DNA of 64,000 bases from the NCBI RefSeq assembly GCF_009914755.1, contig NC_060940.1; one strand, given 5' to 3'. Shown here piece by piece: positions 60,891 to 64,000 of the stretch; the first letter of the stretch is position 1; each line of letters starts with the position of its first letter. The stretch is from the human T2T-CHM13v2.0 reference genome, Homo sapiens. The translations under genes and the position numbers were made by a program. The notes below the pieces were generated by a model. That model did no database searches. It had not been told where the DNA came from and saw only the letters and a list, made by a program, of their open reading frames with translations.

Positions 60891-61817
60891 GCCACCCAGA
60901 TGGAAGGATATTTCTGCTCTCAAAGAACTCGTGGTCTAGTGGGGAAACAGATGTGAACACAGAAATTTATAAAACAGCGTAGTCAGTGTTATGATGGAGA
61001 GAGCAGGGGTGGCTGAGAAAGTCTGAGGGAATGAGGGAGGCAATATCTCAGCTAAGTCTTGCAAGATGAGTAACAGTAAACCTGGTGCTAATGAAGGGGA
61101 TAGACTCTGCAGCTCAGACACCTGGTTCTTAGACCAGATAGGGGACCTCATTATAAGTACTGCTATGACTGGTTAGCTCCCCTTCATAGCACTTACCATA
61201 GTTATACATTTATGTAATTTGGGGGATTATTTGACCACCATCTCCCTCCTGATCAGATCAAGGCCCCTTTGTGTGCCCTTTCAGGGAGCAAACTAGGCCC
61301 TCAACAAACACGGTTGGTGGAAGAAGGAAAGAGAGGAGACAGAAAAGAAGGCAGGTTGGTTTGGATGAATGCCTGCCTCCCTGCTAGAATGTCCACCCCA
61401 GCAGGGCAGGAACCATGTCTGTTTCTGATTCTTCTTCATATTTCAAGTGTCCAGTACATGGTGGGTACCTGTTTGATGAATGACTAAATGAATGAACAAA
61501 CAGCTCAAAGACTGCAACATGGAGAAAGGATTGGAGGAGGTGAAACAAGGCAAGGAGGCCAGTTTGGTTACTGAAGGAGAACAATGTTCAAAGGGGGTAG
61601 GAGAAAGGGAATAGGTTAAATAAATATTTATTAGGTATGGCTGGAAGGACTTGTTGGTTTGACAGTTGTGCTGCAAGAGAAGAGGATAATGGAGTCAACC
61701 ATTGCTCCCAAGTTTCTGGCTTAAGTGGCTAAAGGGTGGGTGGTCCCATGTGAGAGATAAGGAAGAGGCTGAAGAACAGATCTGAGTAATGTTGCTGGGT
61801 TCAGGCATGGCCACCTT

Positions 61818-62363
61818 TGTTACGGGAAAGGAGTCCCGACCTAGACCCCAAGAGAGGTTTCTTGGATCTCATGCAAGAAAGAATTCAGGGCGAGTCCATA
61901 GAGTAAAGTGAAATTAAGTTTAATAAGAAGTAGAGGAATAAAAGAATGGTTACTCCATAGACAGAGCAGCCCTGAGGGCTGCTGGTTACTCATTTTTATG
62001 GTTATTTCTTGATGATATGCTAAAGAAGGGGTGGATTATTTATGCCTCGCCTTTTTCGACCATATAGGGTAACTTCCTGACATTGCCATGGCATTTGTAA
62101 ACTGTCATGGCGCTGGTGGGAGTGTAGCAGTGAGGATGACCAGAGGTCACTCTCATGGCCATTTTGGTTTTGGTGGGTTTTGGTCAGCTTCTTTACTGCA
62201 ACCTGTTTTTTCAGCAAAGCCTTTATGACTTGTGCCAGGCTTCTGTCTCATCCTGTGACTAAGAATGCCTTAACCATCTGGGAATGCAGCCCAGTAGGTG
62301 TCAACCTCATTTTACCCAGCTGCTATTCAAGATGGGGTTGCTCTGGTTCACATGCCTCTGACA
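61818..62363 (-). mobile_element. MER41A (ERV1) solo LTR
   Basis: Minus strand starts TGTCAGAGGCATGTGAACCAGAGCAACCCCATCTTGAATAG and ends CCTTTCCCGTAACA; 546 bp; lacks the MER41B tandem GAS segment. Confidence 0.9.
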
Positions 62364-63576
62364 GTTGTCCTGCAAGAGAAGAGGAGCATGAAGTCAACCA
62401 TTGCTCCCAAGTTTCTGGCTTAAGTGGCTAAGGGATGGGTGGTTCCCATGTGAGAGATAAGAAAGAGGCTGAAGAACAGATCTGAGTAATGTTGCTGGGT
62501 TCAGGCATGGCCACCTTGGGCCAGAGATGCTGTTGAATCCAGGAGGTAATGACATATAAATTTTGATGTCGAAGGGGGAAACTTTGAGTATTCTTCTATT
62601 GAAGTTTCATGGCACTGGAAATCTAGAGCTTTCCTCCAAAAGGCAGGAAGATGGGTTCTAGTCCCAGCTCTAATATTAACTTGTGCTACCTTAAACAATT
62701 CATGACATTTCAGGAATGTGTGATCCTCACAGCCTTAGCAGATTCCAAGATTCCTTTTGGCTTTGACATTCCATACCTTCAGGTAGCCCTAGAATTTAAA
62801 GAGGAAGTTTCTCTTGAAAGGCTTTATCAGTCGGAGCTATTTGCATTACAAGGAATATAAACTCAACTTAAACTGTATCATACATAGCAAGTTAATATGT
62901 GGCTTCCTGGGTTGTTTCCTTGGGCAGTAGTCCGAGTGGAGGCCACGCTAGCCAGGAAAGAGTGCGGTGATCAATGAATGATGTCTAGCATAGACACAGC
63001 ATCAGAAACAGGGACATATTTTTGTTTCAGTCCTGAAACCAAGGGTTTCCGTCTGTGGCCTTTCAAATAATGTTGATTGAATGTAGGTTCTACTCTGGCT
63101 CAGCCATTAGCTCTGGGTAACCTTAGTTTAATCATTTTATATGCCAGAGCTTGACAGTTTCCTTATTTGTCAAGCGGGAGAAATAGTCCCCATCTTTTCC
63201 ACCTTCATTGTTGAAAGGATCTAATGAGAAAAGAAGCATAGAGCCCTGTAAGGAGGAGAATCAGATATTGAAGATATGAAGGAGAATCAGAAACAGACAT
63301 GGTTCCTGCCCTGCTGGGGTGGACATTCTAGTAGGGAGGCAGGCATTCTTTAACCTTTATGTAAGTTCACATGTGTGACACTGTGAGATCCCAACGTGTG
63401 GATAAAAGAGCAAATACTTCTGGTCCCCTGAGAGATGAAAGTTCAAAAGTTTATTGCTAATGAATTAATTTTAAAAGTGTAGATAATCTTATAATAAAAG
63501 AATTCAGAAATTAAAATAAAATAAAAGGAGATTTCATAAAATTGTCAAATGAAAAACAAATAAGAAAAGAAAGTGT

Positions 63577-63669
63577 CAGCAAACCACCATGGCACATGTA
63601 TACCTATGTAACCTGCACGTTCTGCACATGTATCCCAGAACTTAAAGTATAATAAAAAAATTAAAAGAA
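63577..63669 (+). mobile_element. Very short L1PA 3' tail
   Basis: caaaccaccatggcacatgtatacctatgtaacctgcacgttctgcacatgtatcccagaacttaaagtataata; TSD aagaaaagaaagtgt at 63562-63576 and 63670-63684. Confidence 0.9.
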
Positions 63670-63681
63670 AAGAAAAGAAAG

Positions 63682-64000
63682 TGTTGATGAAAAAGGTCAA
63701 ACTCTGTCAAATACTTGAAGAGATTTATTCTGAGCCAAATAGGAGTGACCATGGCCCATGACACAGCCCTCAGGAGTCCTGAGAACATGTGCCCAGGGTG
63801 GCTGGTCTGCAGCTTGGTTTTATACATTTTAGGGAGGTATGAGACATCAATCAAATACATTTGAGAAATACATAGGTTTGGTCCAGAAAAATGGGACAAT
63901 TCGAAGGGGATGGTGAGTGGGGAGCTTCAAGGCTATAGGTAAATGTAAACATTTCCTGGTTGACAATTGGTTGAGTCTAAAGACCTGGGATCAATAGAAA
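63682..64000 (-). mobile_element. MER4-family ERV1 LTR (runs off the window)
   Basis: tgttgatgaaaaaggtcaaactctgt...gagatttattctgagccaaat...gcttggttttatacattttagggag. Confidence 0.8.

Overview
Primate genomic DNA, almost certainly human (dense Alu, L1PA, THE1/MST and MER41 elements). The window lies inside SHISA9 (CKAMP44, an AMPA-receptor auxiliary subunit) on the + strand; from memory this is human 16p13. Only two coding exons are present: a 156-nt exon at 34610-34765 (DATQMNNAVPTSPLLQQMGHPHSYPNLGQISNPYEQQPPGKELNKYASLKAV) and a 48-nt cassette exon at 44469-44516 (GSSDGDWAVSTLKSPK) that the ORF track misses. The rest is intron: about 28 Alus, L1/L2/MIR remnants, MaLR and ERV1 LTRs, DNA transposons and simple repeats. 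The ORF track is otherwise repeat-derived noise. I see no new protein-coding system. The unexplained signal is a cluster of template-switch or local-copy structures: (1) a perfect 30-bp-stem pre-miRNA-like hairpin at 33260-33327; (2) a MER41A LTR flanked by a ~153-bp direct duplication instead of a 4-bp TSD; (3) a circularly permuted ~0.8-kb duplication plus an inverted third copy, all breaking at the same GAATGCCTGC motif; (4) a nested double palindrome at 7203-7279; (5) several shorter templated copies. A candidate UG-repeat (TDP-43-type) cryptic exon sits next to the 48-nt exon. Repeat subfamily names are by-eye assignments and their boundaries are approximate.
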